Below the pieces are notes generated by a model. That model did no database searches, was not told the origin of the DNA, and saw only the letters and a list, made by a program, of their open reading frames with translations. 64,000 bases of DNA from an uncultured Gemmatimonadales bacterium. GTDB taxonomy: Bacteria; Gemmatimonadota; Gemmatimonadetes; Palauibacterales; Palauibacteraceae. The translations under genes and the position numbers were made by a program. Position 1 is the first letter of the stretch; the number at the start of each line of letters is the position of its first letter. This document shows, piece by piece, positions 1 to 10,154 of this stretch. The stretch is from contig CAWANJ010000001.1 in NCBI GenBank assembly GCA_963783385.1, forward strand, positions 416,001 through 480,000, given 5' to 3'.

Positions 1-511
1 GGCGATACTCGATCGGGTCTTCGAGGGTGACGATGTGCTTGCGCCGGTTCCGGTTGATCCACCCGAGCATGGCCGCCTGCGTGGTGCTCTTCCCCGAGCC
101 CGTGGCTCCCGTGACCAGCACGAGGCCGTTGTCGAGGTCGGCGATGTCCTTGAGCGCCTGCGGCAGGCCCAGGTCGTCGATCGTGGGGACCTCCCACGGG
201 ATCACCCGCATGACCACCATGATCGATCCCTGCTGGCGCAGGATGTTCACGCGGAAGCGGGCGCTGGGCGACAGCTCCCAGGCGAAATCGTAGTCCGTGA
301 TCTGGTCGATCCGCTCGCGGTGTTCCTCGGGCAGGATCTGCAGGGCGATCCGCCGCGTGTCCTCGGGCGTGAACGGGGTCTCCGACAGCCGCACCATCCG
401 GCCGTGGACCCGCGCCCGGAACACGTCGCCCGCCTTGATCAGAAGGGACTGGGCGCCGCTCTCGACGGCCGCCCTCAGCAGGGGCTCCGCCCCCATCGCG
501 TCCTTGGCCAT
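1..511 (-). CDS. pilT: Type IV pilus twitching-motility ATPase, PilT/PilU family (3' end outside window)
   Basis: Not in the ORF track because it runs off the edge. Manual translation from ATG 511: MAKDAMGAEPLLRAAVESGAQSLLIKAG...ARFRVNILRQQG...LVLVTGATGSGKSTTQAAMLGWINRNRRKHIVTLEDPIEY, giving Walker A and the TLEDPIE Asp box. PilT versus PilU not resolved. Confidence 0.88.
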   Translation of the reverse strand, partial: MAKDAMGAEPLLRAAVESGAQSLLIKAGDVFRARVHGRMVRLSETPFTPEDTRRIALQILPEEHRERIDQITDYDFAWELSPSARFRVNILRQQGSIMVVMRVIPWEVPTIDDLGLPQALKDIADLDNGLVLVTGATGSGKSTTQAAMLGWINRNRRKHIVTLEDPIEYR

Positions 512-513
512 GG

Positions 514-1545
514 TCAATACCCGCGCTGTTTGTCCACCACGTTGACGAGCGCCCGTCCGTCCAGGTAGCGCCGCAGGTTGTCCAGCAGGAGCGCCGTCTC
601 CCTCTCCCAGTACCGGGGCGAGACGGCGCCGGCGTGCGGCGTGATGACGACGTTCTCCAGGTCCCAGAGGGGGCTGTCGGAGGGGAGCGGCTCCTGCTCG
701 AACACGTCCAGCCCCGCGCCGCGAAGGCGTCCCGACGCGAGCGCCCGTGCGAGCGCCGTCTCCTCCACGATGCCCCCTCGGGACAGGTTGATCAAGACCG
801 CATCGGGACGCAGGCGGCCCAGCAGCGACTCGCCCAGGAGTCCCCGCGTCTCGTCGGTCTCGGGCAGGGTGAGCACCACGTAGTGCGACTGGCCCAACAG
901 TTCGGGCAGTCCGCGCGTGTCCCACATGCGCTCCACCTCCGGCGGCGCCGCGGTCGAGGTGCGGCGCACGGCCACCACCCGCATCCCGAGCGCCGCGCCC
1001 CGGCGCCCGACCGCGCTCCCGGTGCCTCCGTACCCCACCACGCCCAGCGTGCGCCCGGCCAGCTCCACGAGCGGGCTGTGGCTCCCGGCCAGGTCTGCGT
1101 GGCGCCACTCGCGACGCGCCTTCCCGGCGGCCGCGACGTCCAGTCCGCGGGAGAAGTGCAGCATGAGGGCCAGGGCGTGCTCGGCGAGCGGCTCGGCGTG
1201 CAGGCCGGCCGAGTTGGTGAGCACGACGTCGCTCTCGACCAGCTCCTGGAACAGGCTGGCGCCCACTCCCGAGGCACCCGAGTGGACCCAGCGTAGCTCC
1301 GGGGCCTCCTGGAAGGCACGCCGCGGGATTCCGAATCCGGCGTAGACCTCCGCGTCCCGGATCTCCTCGAGGAGGCGCTCGGGGACCCGCCGGGCACCGT
1401 CGCCCGCGAAATAGCCCGGCTCCTCCAGGAAGGTGGCCGTCCAGTCCCCGGGGAGGGACCGGCGCAGCCTGGCCCGGTCCGCCTCCGGCATGGACCACAG
1501 CGGGTACTCGGGCGCGTGCATCCACACCAGCAGCTTGCGGCTCAC
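514..1545 (-). CDS. D-2-hydroxyacid dehydrogenase (NAD-binding)
   Basis: GYGGTG Rossmann motif, INLSRG, LDVFEQEP and ITPHAG catalytic motifs. Confidence 0.9.
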   Translation of the reverse strand: MSRKLLVWMHAPEYPLWSMPEADRARLRRSLPGDWTATFLEEPGYFAGDGARRVPERLLEEIRDAEVYAGFGIPRRAFQEAPELRWVHSGASGVGASLFQELVESDVVLTNSAGLHAEPLAEHALALMLHFSRGLDVAAAGKARREWRHADLAGSHSPLVELAGRTLGVVGYGGTGSAVGRRGAALGMRVVAVRRTSTAAPPEVERMWDTRGLPELLGQSHYVVLTLPETDETRGLLGESLLGRLRPDAVLINLSRGGIVEETALARALASGRLRGAGLDVFEQEPLPSDSPLWDLENVVITPHAGAVSPRYWERETALLLDNLRRYLDGRALVNVVDKQRGY

Positions 1546-1554
1546 GTCCTCCCC

Positions 1555-2229
1555 CTACTCGTAGCGGGCGCTGCGCACGCCCGGGGTGTCCGCCAGCCGG
1601 CGGAGGAGAACGTCCCGCTGGCGGGTCGAACCGTGCAGCAGGTAGTAGAACACCGAGGCGTCGTCCCGGTGCTCGTGCCCCGAGAGCTCGTGGACCATGG
1701 ACGTGTCGCCGAGCGCCGCCCGGAGCCCGTCCCGGCCGGCGTCCCCCGCCACCACCACCCGCAGCACGTGCTCTCCCTTGTCCGGCAGCACCGAGCGCTC
1801 GAAGCGCCCCAGGAAGACCAGGGTGATCACCACGAGCACGGTCGCGCCCAGGGACTGCCAGTAGAGGTGGAGCCCGACGCCCATCCCGATCGCCGCCACG
1901 ACCCACAGGGTGGCCGCCGTCGTGAGGCCGAGCACGTTGCCCCCGGCCACCAGGATCGTGCCGCCCCCGATGAACCCGATCCCCTCGACGATGTGGGAGG
2001 CGATGCGGCCCGGGTCTCCCCGCATGAGGTCGTTCGCCAGGAAGCCCGTGGCCACGAGGACGGAGAGCTCGGTGAACAGCTCGGCCCCCACACAGATGAG
2101 GATGTTCGTGCGAAGCCCGGCCGGCTTGCCCGACATCTCCCGCTCCAGCCCGATGGCGGCGCCCAGGGCCGTGGCCAGCAGGAGGCGGCCCAGCATGGGC
2201 AGGTCGAGCGTGTGGGCGAGACCTTCCAC
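1555..2229 (-). CDS. MgtC/SapB family membrane protein
   Basis: IGLEREMSGKPAGLRT, GIGFIGGG and GLTTAATLW signatures; short soluble C-terminal domain. Confidence 0.9.
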   Translation of the reverse strand: MEGLAHTLDLPMLGRLLLATALGAAIGLEREMSGKPAGLRTNILICVGAELFTELSVLVATGFLANDLMRGDPGRIASHIVEGIGFIGGGTILVAGGNVLGLTTAATLWVVAAIGMGVGLHLYWQSLGATVLVVITLVFLGRFERSVLPDKGEHVLRVVVAGDAGRDGLRAALGDTSMVHELSGHEHRDDASVFYYLLHGSTRQRDVLLRRLADTPGVRSARYE

Positions 2230-2238
2230 GGCGGCTCC

Positions 2239-3252
2239 TCAGCTCGCCCGCGGCGCCGACACGTGGCGCCGGGCCAGCCCCATGCGCTCGTACACCTCCT
2301 CCAGCGTGGCGCGGGCCAGCTGTCGGCAGCGCGCCGCGCCCGCGTCCAGGATCCCGTACACGCGATCCGGATCCTCGCGCAGCGCCCGCGCCCGCTCCCG
2401 AATCGGCGCCAGATCCTCCGCCATGTGGGAGGCCAGCTTCCGCTTGCAGTCCACGCAGCCGATGGTGGCCGTCTGGCAGCGCGCCTCCACCTCCTCGCGC
2501 ACGGCGGCCGGGCTGAAGTGCCCGTGCAGGGCGAAGATGTTGCAGACGTGGGGGTTCCCCGGATCGTTCCGGCGGACGCGGTCCGGGTCGGTGACCGCCG
2601 TCGCCAGCCGCTTCCCGATCTCATCCGGCTCGGCGAGGAGCGGGATCGTGTTGCCCGCCGACTTGGACATCTTCGACGCGCCATCCAGCCCCAGGATCCG
2701 CGTCGCGCGGCCCACCAGCGGCTGCGGCTCCGGGAACAGGTCCCCGAAGCGCCCGTTCCAGCGGCGGGCGATCTCCCGCGACAGCTCCAGGTGCTGGAAC
2801 TGGTCCTCGCCCACCGGGACCAGGCCGGCGCGGTAGAGGAGGATGTCGGCCGCCTGCAGCACCGGATAGTCCAGGAGGCCGGCGCTCACCGACTCCTGGC
2901 CGCGGGACTTGTCCTTGAACTGCGTCATGCGCTGCAGCTCGCCCAGCGGCGTCACCGTGTTGAAGATCCAGGTCAGCTCGGCGTGCTCGGGGACGTCCGA
3001 CTGGACGAACAGGGTGCAGCGCTCCGGGTCCAGGCCGGCCGCCAGCAGGCAGACGGCCAGGTCGAAGACGCGCTCCTGCATCTCGGAGGGCTCGTACTCC
3101 GTGATGATCGCGTGCAGGTCGACGATGCAGTACAGGCAGTCGTAGTCCTCGACCAGCTCCACCCAGTTGCGGATCGCGCCCAGGTAGTTCCCCAGGTGCG
3201 CCTCGCCCGTGGGCTGGATGCCGCTGAACACGCGCTGTCTACGATCGCTCAT
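2239..3252 (-). CDS. trpS: Tryptophan--tRNA ligase
   Basis: FSGIQPTGEAHLGNY, YPVLQAADIL, VPVGEDQ and KMSKS; start taken at MSDRRQR. Confidence 0.96.
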   Translation of the reverse strand: MSDRRQRVFSGIQPTGEAHLGNYLGAIRNWVELVEDYDCLYCIVDLHAIITEYEPSEMQERVFDLAVCLLAAGLDPERCTLFVQSDVPEHAELTWIFNTVTPLGELQRMTQFKDKSRGQESVSAGLLDYPVLQAADILLYRAGLVPVGEDQFQHLELSREIARRWNGRFGDLFPEPQPLVGRATRILGLDGASKMSKSAGNTIPLLAEPDEIGKRLATAVTDPDRVRRNDPGNPHVCNIFALHGHFSPAAVREEVEARCQTATIGCVDCKRKLASHMAEDLAPIRERARALREDPDRVYGILDAGAARCRQLARATLEEVYERMGLARRHVSAPRAS

Positions 3253-3460
3253 CCAGGGAGCCTGTCCGGTTGTCGTCGGCTGCGTCGGGAGGGCGGCCAG
3301 GTGGCGGGTCTCCGCACGAAAAAGCGCGGTCCCGCGCGCCCGGGTCACCGGGGCGGGGCCCGCGCCTCGCCGCCTCTCGGGCCGGTCCCGCTGGAGCCCG
3401 TCCGGCCGCCCGGCTAAGTTACCCGCGGCGAGCGAGGCGAGCAAGCGAAAAGAGGCCATA

Positions 3461-4324
3461 GTGAAGGACTTTCCGGACATCGAGGGCGAGGACCGTCGGC
3501 TCCTGGAGGCGGCGCTGGAGGCGGGGCGCGCGGCCGCCGAGGTCCATGGCTCGGGGGCCGCGCGCCTGGACCCGCCGGCCTGGACCGAGAAGGGGCCGGC
3601 CGACTTCGTCACCGAGGTGGACAGGGAGGCCGAGCGCCGGATCCTGGGCGTGCTCGGCCGCCGCTTCCCCGGCCACGCGTTTCTGGCCGAGGAAGGGACG
3701 GACGTCGGCCCGGCGGGGAGCGAAGCCCTCGCCCCCTTCCGCTGGATCGTGGATCCCCTGGACGGCACCACCAACTGGCTGCACGGCTACCCCGAGCACG
3801 CGGTGTCGATCGCCGGCGCGGACGCGGAGGGGCTCCGCGTCGCCGTGGTGGTGAACTCGGCCACCGGCGAGACCTTCACCGCCGTCCGGGGCCGCGGCGC
3901 CCGGCGAAACGGGGAGCCGATCCGGGTGTCCGACGTGGACCGCCTCCACCTGGCCCTCGTCGGCACCGGCTTCCCCTTCAAGAGGCAGGAGCTCCTCCCG
4001 GGCTACCTGGAGAGCCTCGGCCGAGTCATCGCCGCCACCAGTGGCGTGCGCCGGGGCGGAGCCGCCGCCCTCGACCTGTGCGACCTGGCGTGCGGCCGCC
4101 TGGACGCGTTCTGGGAGACGTGGCTCATGCCGTGGGACGTGGCGGCCGGCGCGCTCATCGTGCGCGAGGCGGGCGGCGCCTTCGGCCCGCTTCCTCCGCC
4201 GCTCGGCCCCGAGCCCGGCGGGCCCCGGCCTCCCGAGACGCCCGGCCTCGGCTCGGGGGGCTACAGGGCCTCCAACGCGGCCCTGGCGGAGACGTGGGAG
4301 GCCCTCCTGTACGGGAGGACGTGA
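3461..4324 (+). CDS. suhB: Inositol monophosphatase family protein (SuhB-like)
   Basis: DFVTEVD, WIVDPLDGTTN and WDVAAG motifs; GTG start preceded by AGAGG. Confidence 0.88.
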   Translation: MKDFPDIEGEDRRLLEAALEAGRAAAEVHGSGAARLDPPAWTEKGPADFVTEVDREAERRILGVLGRRFPGHAFLAEEGTDVGPAGSEALAPFRWIVDPLDGTTNWLHGYPEHAVSIAGADAEGLRVAVVVNSATGETFTAVRGRGARRNGEPIRVSDVDRLHLALVGTGFPFKRQELLPGYLESLGRVIAATSGVRRGGAAALDLCDLACGRLDAFWETWLMPWDVAAGALIVREAGGAFGPLPPPLGPEPGGPRPPETPGLGSGGYRASNAALAETWEALLYGRT

Positions 4325-4328
4325 GTCG

Positions 4329-4838
4329 ATGGACGCCCGGCGCCTGATCGAGCGACTCGGCCTCCAGCCCCATCCCGAGGAGGGCGGCTACTTCCGGGAA
4401 ACGTACCGGTCGGTGCGGCGCTTCGACCCCGAAGGCGCCTACCCAGGCGACCGGTCGGTGAGCACCGCCATCTACTACCTCCTCACCCCCGACACCTTCT
4501 CGGCCCTCCACCGGCTCCCGGGCGACGAGATCTTCCACTTCTACCTGGGTGATCCCGTGGACATGCTCCTCCTCCACCCCGGTGGGTCCTCCGAGCGGAT
4601 CACCCTCGGCCCGGACCTGGAGACGATGCGGATGCAGCACGTCGTGCCGGGGGGGACGTGGCAGGGCTCGCGCCTGGCGCCGGGCGGAGGCTGGGCCCTC
4701 CTCGGCACCACCATGGCGCCCGGGTTCGAGGCCGAGGACTACGAGGCCGGAACGCTCGACCTGATCGGCGCCTATCCCGGGGAGGCGGACGCGATCCGGG
4801 CCCTGCTGCCTGGAAGCGGCGGGGTCGCCGGCGACTGA
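4329..4838 (+). CDS. Cupin_5 (DUF985) family protein
   Basis: LQPHPEEGGYFRETY, TAIYYLL, DEIFHFYLG and APGFE motifs. Confidence 0.88.
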   Translation: MDARRLIERLGLQPHPEEGGYFRETYRSVRRFDPEGAYPGDRSVSTAIYYLLTPDTFSALHRLPGDEIFHFYLGDPVDMLLLHPGGSSERITLGPDLETMRMQHVVPGGTWQGSRLAPGGGWALLGTTMAPGFEAEDYEAGTLDLIGAYPGEADAIRALLPGSGGVAGD

Positions 4839-4872
4839 CGCGCCCGGCGGGCCGTCCGGGACGACGACCGCC

Positions 4873-5646
4873 TCAGTTCGCCTTCCGGGCCGCCTCGATG
4901 CGGCGCAGCACCGGCTCCAGCACCTTCCAGACGTTCTCCGCGACGATCGTCTCGCCGGCCGCGTTGGGATGCATGCCGTCCGCCTGGTTGAGGGCGGAGT
5001 CGGCGGCCACGCCCTCGAGCAGGAACGGGATGAGGACGGCGCCGTTCCGGCGAGCCAGCGCCGGGAACAGCTCCCGGAAGCTCCGCGTGTAGTCCGGTCC
5101 CAGGTTGGGGGGCGCCCGCATGCCCGCGATCACGATCCTGGCGGCCGGCCGCCGGGCCCGCACCGAGTCGACGATGGCCTGGAGGTTGGCTCGTGTGGCG
5201 CCCAGGTCCTGGCCTCGGAGCATGTCGTTGGCGCCCAGCTCCAGGACGACGGCCGCCACCGGCCGCTCCAGGTAGCCCCCCACCAGCCGCACCCCATCGG
5301 CCGAGGTGGCGCCGCTGACCCCCGCGTTCACGGCCCGGAAGTCGAGCCCGGCCGAGTCGATCTTCGCCTGCACCAGCGCCGGGTAGGCTCGCTCCGGAAG
5401 CAGCCCGAGCCCGGCCGTCAGGGAGTTGCCGAGGAAGAGGACGACGGGGGTGGTGTCCGGGGCCGTCGAGGCGCGCGGGCCGGCGGCGCCCCCCCCGGCC
5501 GCGTCGGCGGCACTTCGGCCCGAGTCGAGCCCCGGAGTCGCCGAGCCCGATTCCCCCGATTCGCACGCCCACGCGAGGGTGCCGGCGAGCGCCACTACGA
5601 TCGTCGTGGTGAGAAGGAGGGCCCGCCGCCGTATCTTGCGCCTCAT
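4873..5646 (-). CDS. Arylesterase / acyl-CoA thioesterase I-like SGNH hydrolase (TesA-like), exported
   Basis: GNSLTAG, NAGVSG, ELGAND and DGMHPN blocks; N-terminal signal (MRRKIRRRALLL...LAWAC); divergent from an ABC ATPase as in tesA-ybbA. Confidence 0.9.
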   Translation of the reverse strand: MRRKIRRRALLLTTTIVVALAGTLAWACESGESGSATPGLDSGRSAADAAGGGAAGPRASTAPDTTPVVLFLGNSLTAGLGLLPERAYPALVQAKIDSAGLDFRAVNAGVSGATSADGVRLVGGYLERPVAAVVLELGANDMLRGQDLGATRANLQAIVDSVRARRPAARIVIAGMRAPPNLGPDYTRSFRELFPALARRNGAVLIPFLLEGVAADSALNQADGMHPNAAGETIVAENVWKVLEPVLRRIEAARKAN

Positions 5647-6337
5647 GATGATCCTCGCCGAGGGACTGGTGCGTGAATACACCGCCGGGGGCCGCACGCT
5701 CACGGTGCTGTCCGGGGTCGACCTGGCTGTCGACGCGGGCGAGATCGTGGCCATCGTGGGGCCCTCCGGCAGCGGCAAGACGACCCTTCTCGGGCTCCTG
5801 GCCGGACTGGATCGACCCACGCGGGGCACCGTGCGATTGGACGGGGAGCTCCTGGACGACCTGGACCAGGAAGGACTCGCCCGCCTCCGGGCCGAGAAGG
5901 TAGGCTTCGTGTTCCAGACTTTCCAGCTCCTGCCCACGCTCACCGCACTGGAGAACGTGCTGGTCCCGATCGAGATCGCGACCGATCGGGCCGGGCATCG
6001 GGAGGACCGGAACGCCGCGGAACGGCGGGCTCGGGAGCTCCTCGGGCGGGTGGGACTCGCGGAGCGGGCCGACCACTACCCGTCCCAGCTCTCGGGGGGA
6101 GAGCAGCAGCGCGTGGGCCTGGCGCGCGCCTTCGCCAACCGCCCCGCCATCCTGCTGGCCGACGAGCCCACCGGGAACCTGGACGCCGACACGGGCGCCG
6201 AGGTGATCGACCTCCTCGTGGAGCTGAACCGCGAGGCCGACACGGCCATGGTGCTGGTCACGCACGACACGGAGCTGGCCGCCCGCGCCAGCCGCGTGGT
6301 GCGGCTGCGAGACGGCCGGCTCGCCGGCGCCCCGTGA
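5645..6337 (+). CDS. ABC transporter ATP-binding protein (YbbA/LolD-like)
   Basis: GPSGSGKT, LSGGEQQRV, ADEPTGNLD and VTHD motifs. Confidence 0.93.
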   Translation: MMILAEGLVREYTAGGRTLTVLSGVDLAVDAGEIVAIVGPSGSGKTTLLGLLAGLDRPTRGTVRLDGELLDDLDQEGLARLRAEKVGFVFQTFQLLPTLTALENVLVPIEIATDRAGHREDRNAAERRARELLGRVGLAERADHYPSQLSGGEQQRVGLARAFANRPAILLADEPTGNLDADTGAEVIDLLVELNREADTAMVLVTHDTELAARASRVVRLRDGRLAGAP

Positions 6338-6352
6338 GATGAGCCCGCGCCC

Positions 6353-8996
6353 TTGAGCCTCCGCTTTGCCGCCCGAATGGCGCGCCGCGACGCGCGGGCG
6401 GGCTCGGGCACCCTGGCTCTGTGCGGAGGAGCCATCGCCCTCGGCGTGGCCGCGCTGGTGGCGCTCGGCTCCTTCCGGGCCTCGGTGGCCGACGCCGTGG
6501 CCCGGCAGGGACGGGACATGCTGGGCGCCGACGCAGCCTTCTCCAGTCGCCACGCCTTCCCCGACTCGGTCCGCCGGCTCCTGGACTCCCTGTCGCGCAC
6601 CGGGGCCGGCGTGTCGCGGAGCACCGGCTTCCCCTCCATGGTGCTGGCCCCGGGGAGTGGCGCCGTCCGGCTGCTCGAGGTGCGGGCCATCGAGGGCGGG
6701 TGGCCGTTCCACGGGAAGGTCGAGACATCCCCGCCCGGGGCATGGGCGGCCCTCCACCGGGACACGGTGGCGGCGGGCGCCGGTCCCCTGCCCCCCGCCG
6801 TCCTCGATCCAGAGGCGGCCGCGCAGCTCTCCGCCTCGGCCGGCGACACGGTGACGGTGGGCCGGGCACGCTTCGTGGTCGCCGGCGTCGCCACGGCGAT
6901 GCCCGACCACCCCCCGACCCGCGTGTTCGACCGTCCGCGGGTCTACATCGCGGCGGGCCATCTCCGCCAGCACGGGTCTGGTGCAGAGGGGCAGCCTGAT
7001 CACGTACGGGGCCTACCTCGATCTGGGCGGGCCCACCGCCACCCGGACGTTCCTGGATCGGCACCGCGGGATGCTGCGGCGGGCCGGGGTCCGGGCCACG
7101 ACCCCCGCCCGCGAACAGGAGCGTCTCACCTCCGGAGTGGGCTACGGAACGCGCTTCCTGGGACTGGTGGGGCTGGCGGCGCTCCTCCTGGGCGGTCTGG
7201 GGGTGGCCAGTGCGGCCCGCGTCCTGGCCGCCACCAAGCTCCGCAGCGCCGCCCTCCTCCGCTGCCTGGGCGCGAGCCGGGGCTCGGTGCTGTCGATCTT
7301 CCTGCTCGAAACGCTGGCGCTCGCCCTGATCGCTTCGGCGCTCGGGGCCGCGGCCGGCATCGGGGTGCAGGCGTGGCTCCCGCACCTCTTCTCCGGGCTC
7401 CTCCCCGTGTCGGTCCGCTTCGGGGTCCATCCCGGCGTCGTGGCGGCCGGCCTCGGCGTGGGCGTGGGGAGCGCCCTCGCGTTCGCGCTCCTCCCGCTCC
7501 TGGACGTCCGGGACGCGCCGCCGCTCGCCGCCCTGCGGCGGGCCGAGAGCGGCCTGGAGGACGACGGACGGCGGCGATGGCGGGACCCGCGTCGCTGGGG
7601 GGCGGCGGGGCTGCTGGCGGCCGCCGTGGCGGCGCTGTGCGTCTGGCAGGCGCCAAGCCCGCTCACCGGGCTCGCCTACGCCGGGGGCCTCGTGGTGCTG
7701 GCCCTCCTGCTGGCCGCCGTGGGCCGGGGCCTGGCGTGGGCCGCGCGCCGATTCCTGCCGCACGGGGCCTCCTACGCGCTCCGGCAGGGTGTCTCCAACC
7801 TGTTTCGGCCCCGCAACCAGACGCTGGCCGTGGTGGTGGCTCTCGGGATGGGCACCTTCCTGATCGGCACGCTGGCGGCGGTCGAGTCCAACGTCGTCGA
7901 CCGCCTGCGACGGGCCACCGGCCCCGGCCAGCCGGACCTCGTCCTGTTCGACATCCAGCCGGACCAGAGGGACTCCGTCCTCGATCTCCTGCGCCGGGGC
8001 GGCCATCCGACGCTCGGCGCGACCCCGATCGCCGTGCTCCGCATCGCCTCCCTGAACGGCGTCGATGCCGCCCGCCTGCGGGCCGAGGAGAGTCGGCTCG
8101 TGGGCGGCGCCGCCGCGTCGGACTCCGACTCGGCCGCCGGCCCGAGACGCCGGAGGCCGGAACGATGGGCGCTGGGGCGCGAATACCGGAGCACGTGGCG
8201 CGACTCGTTGACGGCCACGGAGACGCTGACCGCGGGTCGGTGGTGGGATTCGGCCTGGGCCGGCGGCCCGCGCCCCGGCCAGGTATCGCTGTCCACCGAC
8301 ATCGCCGGAGACCTGGGCGTCGGCCTGGGCGACACGATCACCTGGGAGGCGGCCGGCCGTCGCCTCACGACCGTGGTGACGAGCCTGCGCGACGTCGACT
8401 GGGCCCGGCCGGCCCTCAACTTCTTCGCCGTGTTCCAGCCCGGCGTCCTCGACGGGGTGCCCGCCACGTGGGTGGTGCTCACGCGGATCCCCGATCCGGG
8501 GGCCCGGGCGGCGCTGCAGCGCGACCTGATCCTGAGCTTCCCCAGCGTGTCGGCGGTCGACCTGGCCCGCATCGAGGCGGCCGTCCGTCAGGTGGTGGGC
8601 ACCGTGGCCGAAGCCGTCCGGTTCATGACCCTGTTCAGCGTCGTGGCCGGACTCCTCATCCTGATCGCGGCCATCTGGGCCTCTCGTCGCCAGAGGCTCC
8701 GGGAGACCGTGCTCCTCCGCACCCTGGGGGCCCGCTCGGCCACGATCCGCTCCATCCACCTGGCGGAGTACGCCTGCCTGGGGGGGCTCGCCGGCCTGGC
8801 GGGGACAGGGCTGGCGGCCGTGGCGGGCTGGGCCGTGGTCTCCCGCGGCTTCGGTCTTCCCTACCGGACCCCCGTCGGCTCCCTGGCGCTCCTGTGGCTC
8901 GCCACCTCGGCCGCGGCCGTGCTGGTGGGCGCGCTGGCGGGCGGGAAAGCGGTCCGCCGGCCGCCGCTGGAGGTCCTGCGCGGCCTGGAGGAGTGA
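6353..8996 (+). CDS. ABC transporter permease (YbbP/FtsX-like), split by an apparent frameshift near 6966
   Basis: The N-terminal half (RAIEGGWPFHG) is in ORF 6353. The C-terminal half (LFDIQPDQ, REYRSTWR, VTSLRDVDW, LLRTLGA) is in ORF 6981. Removing one C at CATCTCCGCC restores HLASTGLVQRGS. Confidence 0.85.
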
Positions 8997-9002
8997 GCCC
9001 GC

Positions 9003-10154
9003 TCAGCTCCCGGCCGGCGCTCCCGAGCGGGCTTCGAGCGCGGCCACGACCGCGTCGGCGAGGGGCCCCGCTCCGAACCGGATCGGGTCGGTGACCGGGA
9101 GGCCGGTCCGCTCCCGTGCCTCCCCGACGACCCGGCGTGCCTCTTCCTCGCCCAGGTCGTAGGTAGCCGCCGACACGGCGACCACGCGCGGCGCCTCCGG
9201 CGGCCGGATCCAGCCCGCCGCCTCCTCGTACAGGCGCACGACGTCGTCCAGGGGTGGGATGTCGACCCAGTCGTAGCGGCCGCCGTAGATCGTGCGTCGC
9301 GACGGCACCCAGCACAGCACCAGGGCCTGCGGCATGGAGCCGTGCAGGAGACCGAGCGTGACCCCGGAATAGCCGGGATGGAGGAGGGATCCCTGGCCCT
9401 CCACCAGCACGACGTCCGCCCCGGCGGCCCCGGGCACGGGATCCTCCCGCCACCCTCCCGGCACCGGCACCCGGGCGTCCTCCGCGCCGGCCCCGGCCAG
9501 GACCAGGGACTCGGCGGCGCCCGCCACGAAGTCGGCCGCCACCGCATCCACCGCCACGCCCCAGCCCTCGAGCAGGATCCCGGTCTGGCCCGTGGGCGCG
9601 AAGCTCGTCCCGACCCCGCGCCGCCGCAGCTCGCGCCGGAGCTCGAGGCCCGTCGTCATCTTCCCGACGTTGCAGTCGGTGCCCACCGTCAGCACGCGGA
9701 GGACGTCGGCACCGGCCGCGCGCCCCGTGGCCACCGGGAGCCCCGGCGGGGAGCGCCGCAGGTCCACCAGGCGAACGCCGCGCGCTTCCGCCAGGCCCGC
9801 CAGCTCGGGGTCCTCGGCCAGGAAGCCGTGCAGACCGCTCCACACCTCGAGTCCGCCCTCGATCGCCGCGCGCAGGACGGGCCGCCACGCGTCCGGGAGC
9901 GCGCCGCCCTGCGGCGCCACACCGATGAGGAGAGCGTCCGGCGGGACCGCGGCGGCCAGCGCCTCCTCCAGATTCGCCACCACGGGGATCCCGGCACCGA
10001 AGCCGAGCACGTCGGCGGCCGTGCCGCCCGCGTGCTCGGAGTCCAGCACGGCCGTCACGCGCTCCGGCAGGTACCGGATCGCGGAGGCAGCCGTCTTCGA
10101 CCCGACGAGCCCGAAGCGCCCCTCGGCCAGCACGGCGAAGCTGGGGGGGCTCAC
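9003..10154 (-). CDS. DUF1611 family protein (DgcN-like, P-loop-like C-terminal domain)
   Basis: SKTAASAIRY, LLIGVAPQGG, SGLH, VLTVGTDCNVGKMTT, TGQTGI and VEGQGSLLHPGYSGV; GTG start overlaps the upstream TGA. Confidence 0.88.
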   Translation of the reverse strand: MSPPSFAVLAEGRFGLVGSKTAASAIRYLPERVTAVLDSEHAGGTAADVLGFGAGIPVVANLEEALAAAVPPDALLIGVAPQGGALPDAWRPVLRAAIEGGLEVWSGLHGFLAEDPELAGLAEARGVRLVDLRRSPPGLPVATGRAAGADVLRVLTVGTDCNVGKMTTGLELRRELRRRGVGTSFAPTGQTGILLEGWGVAVDAVAADFVAGAAESLVLAGAGAEDARVPVPGGWREDPVPGAAGADVVLVEGQGSLLHPGYSGVTLGLLHGSMPQALVLCWVPSRRTIYGGRYDWVDIPPLDDVVRLYEEAAGWIRPPEAPRVVAVSAATYDLGEEEARRVVGEARERTGLPVTDPIRFGAGPLADAVVAALEARSGAPAGS

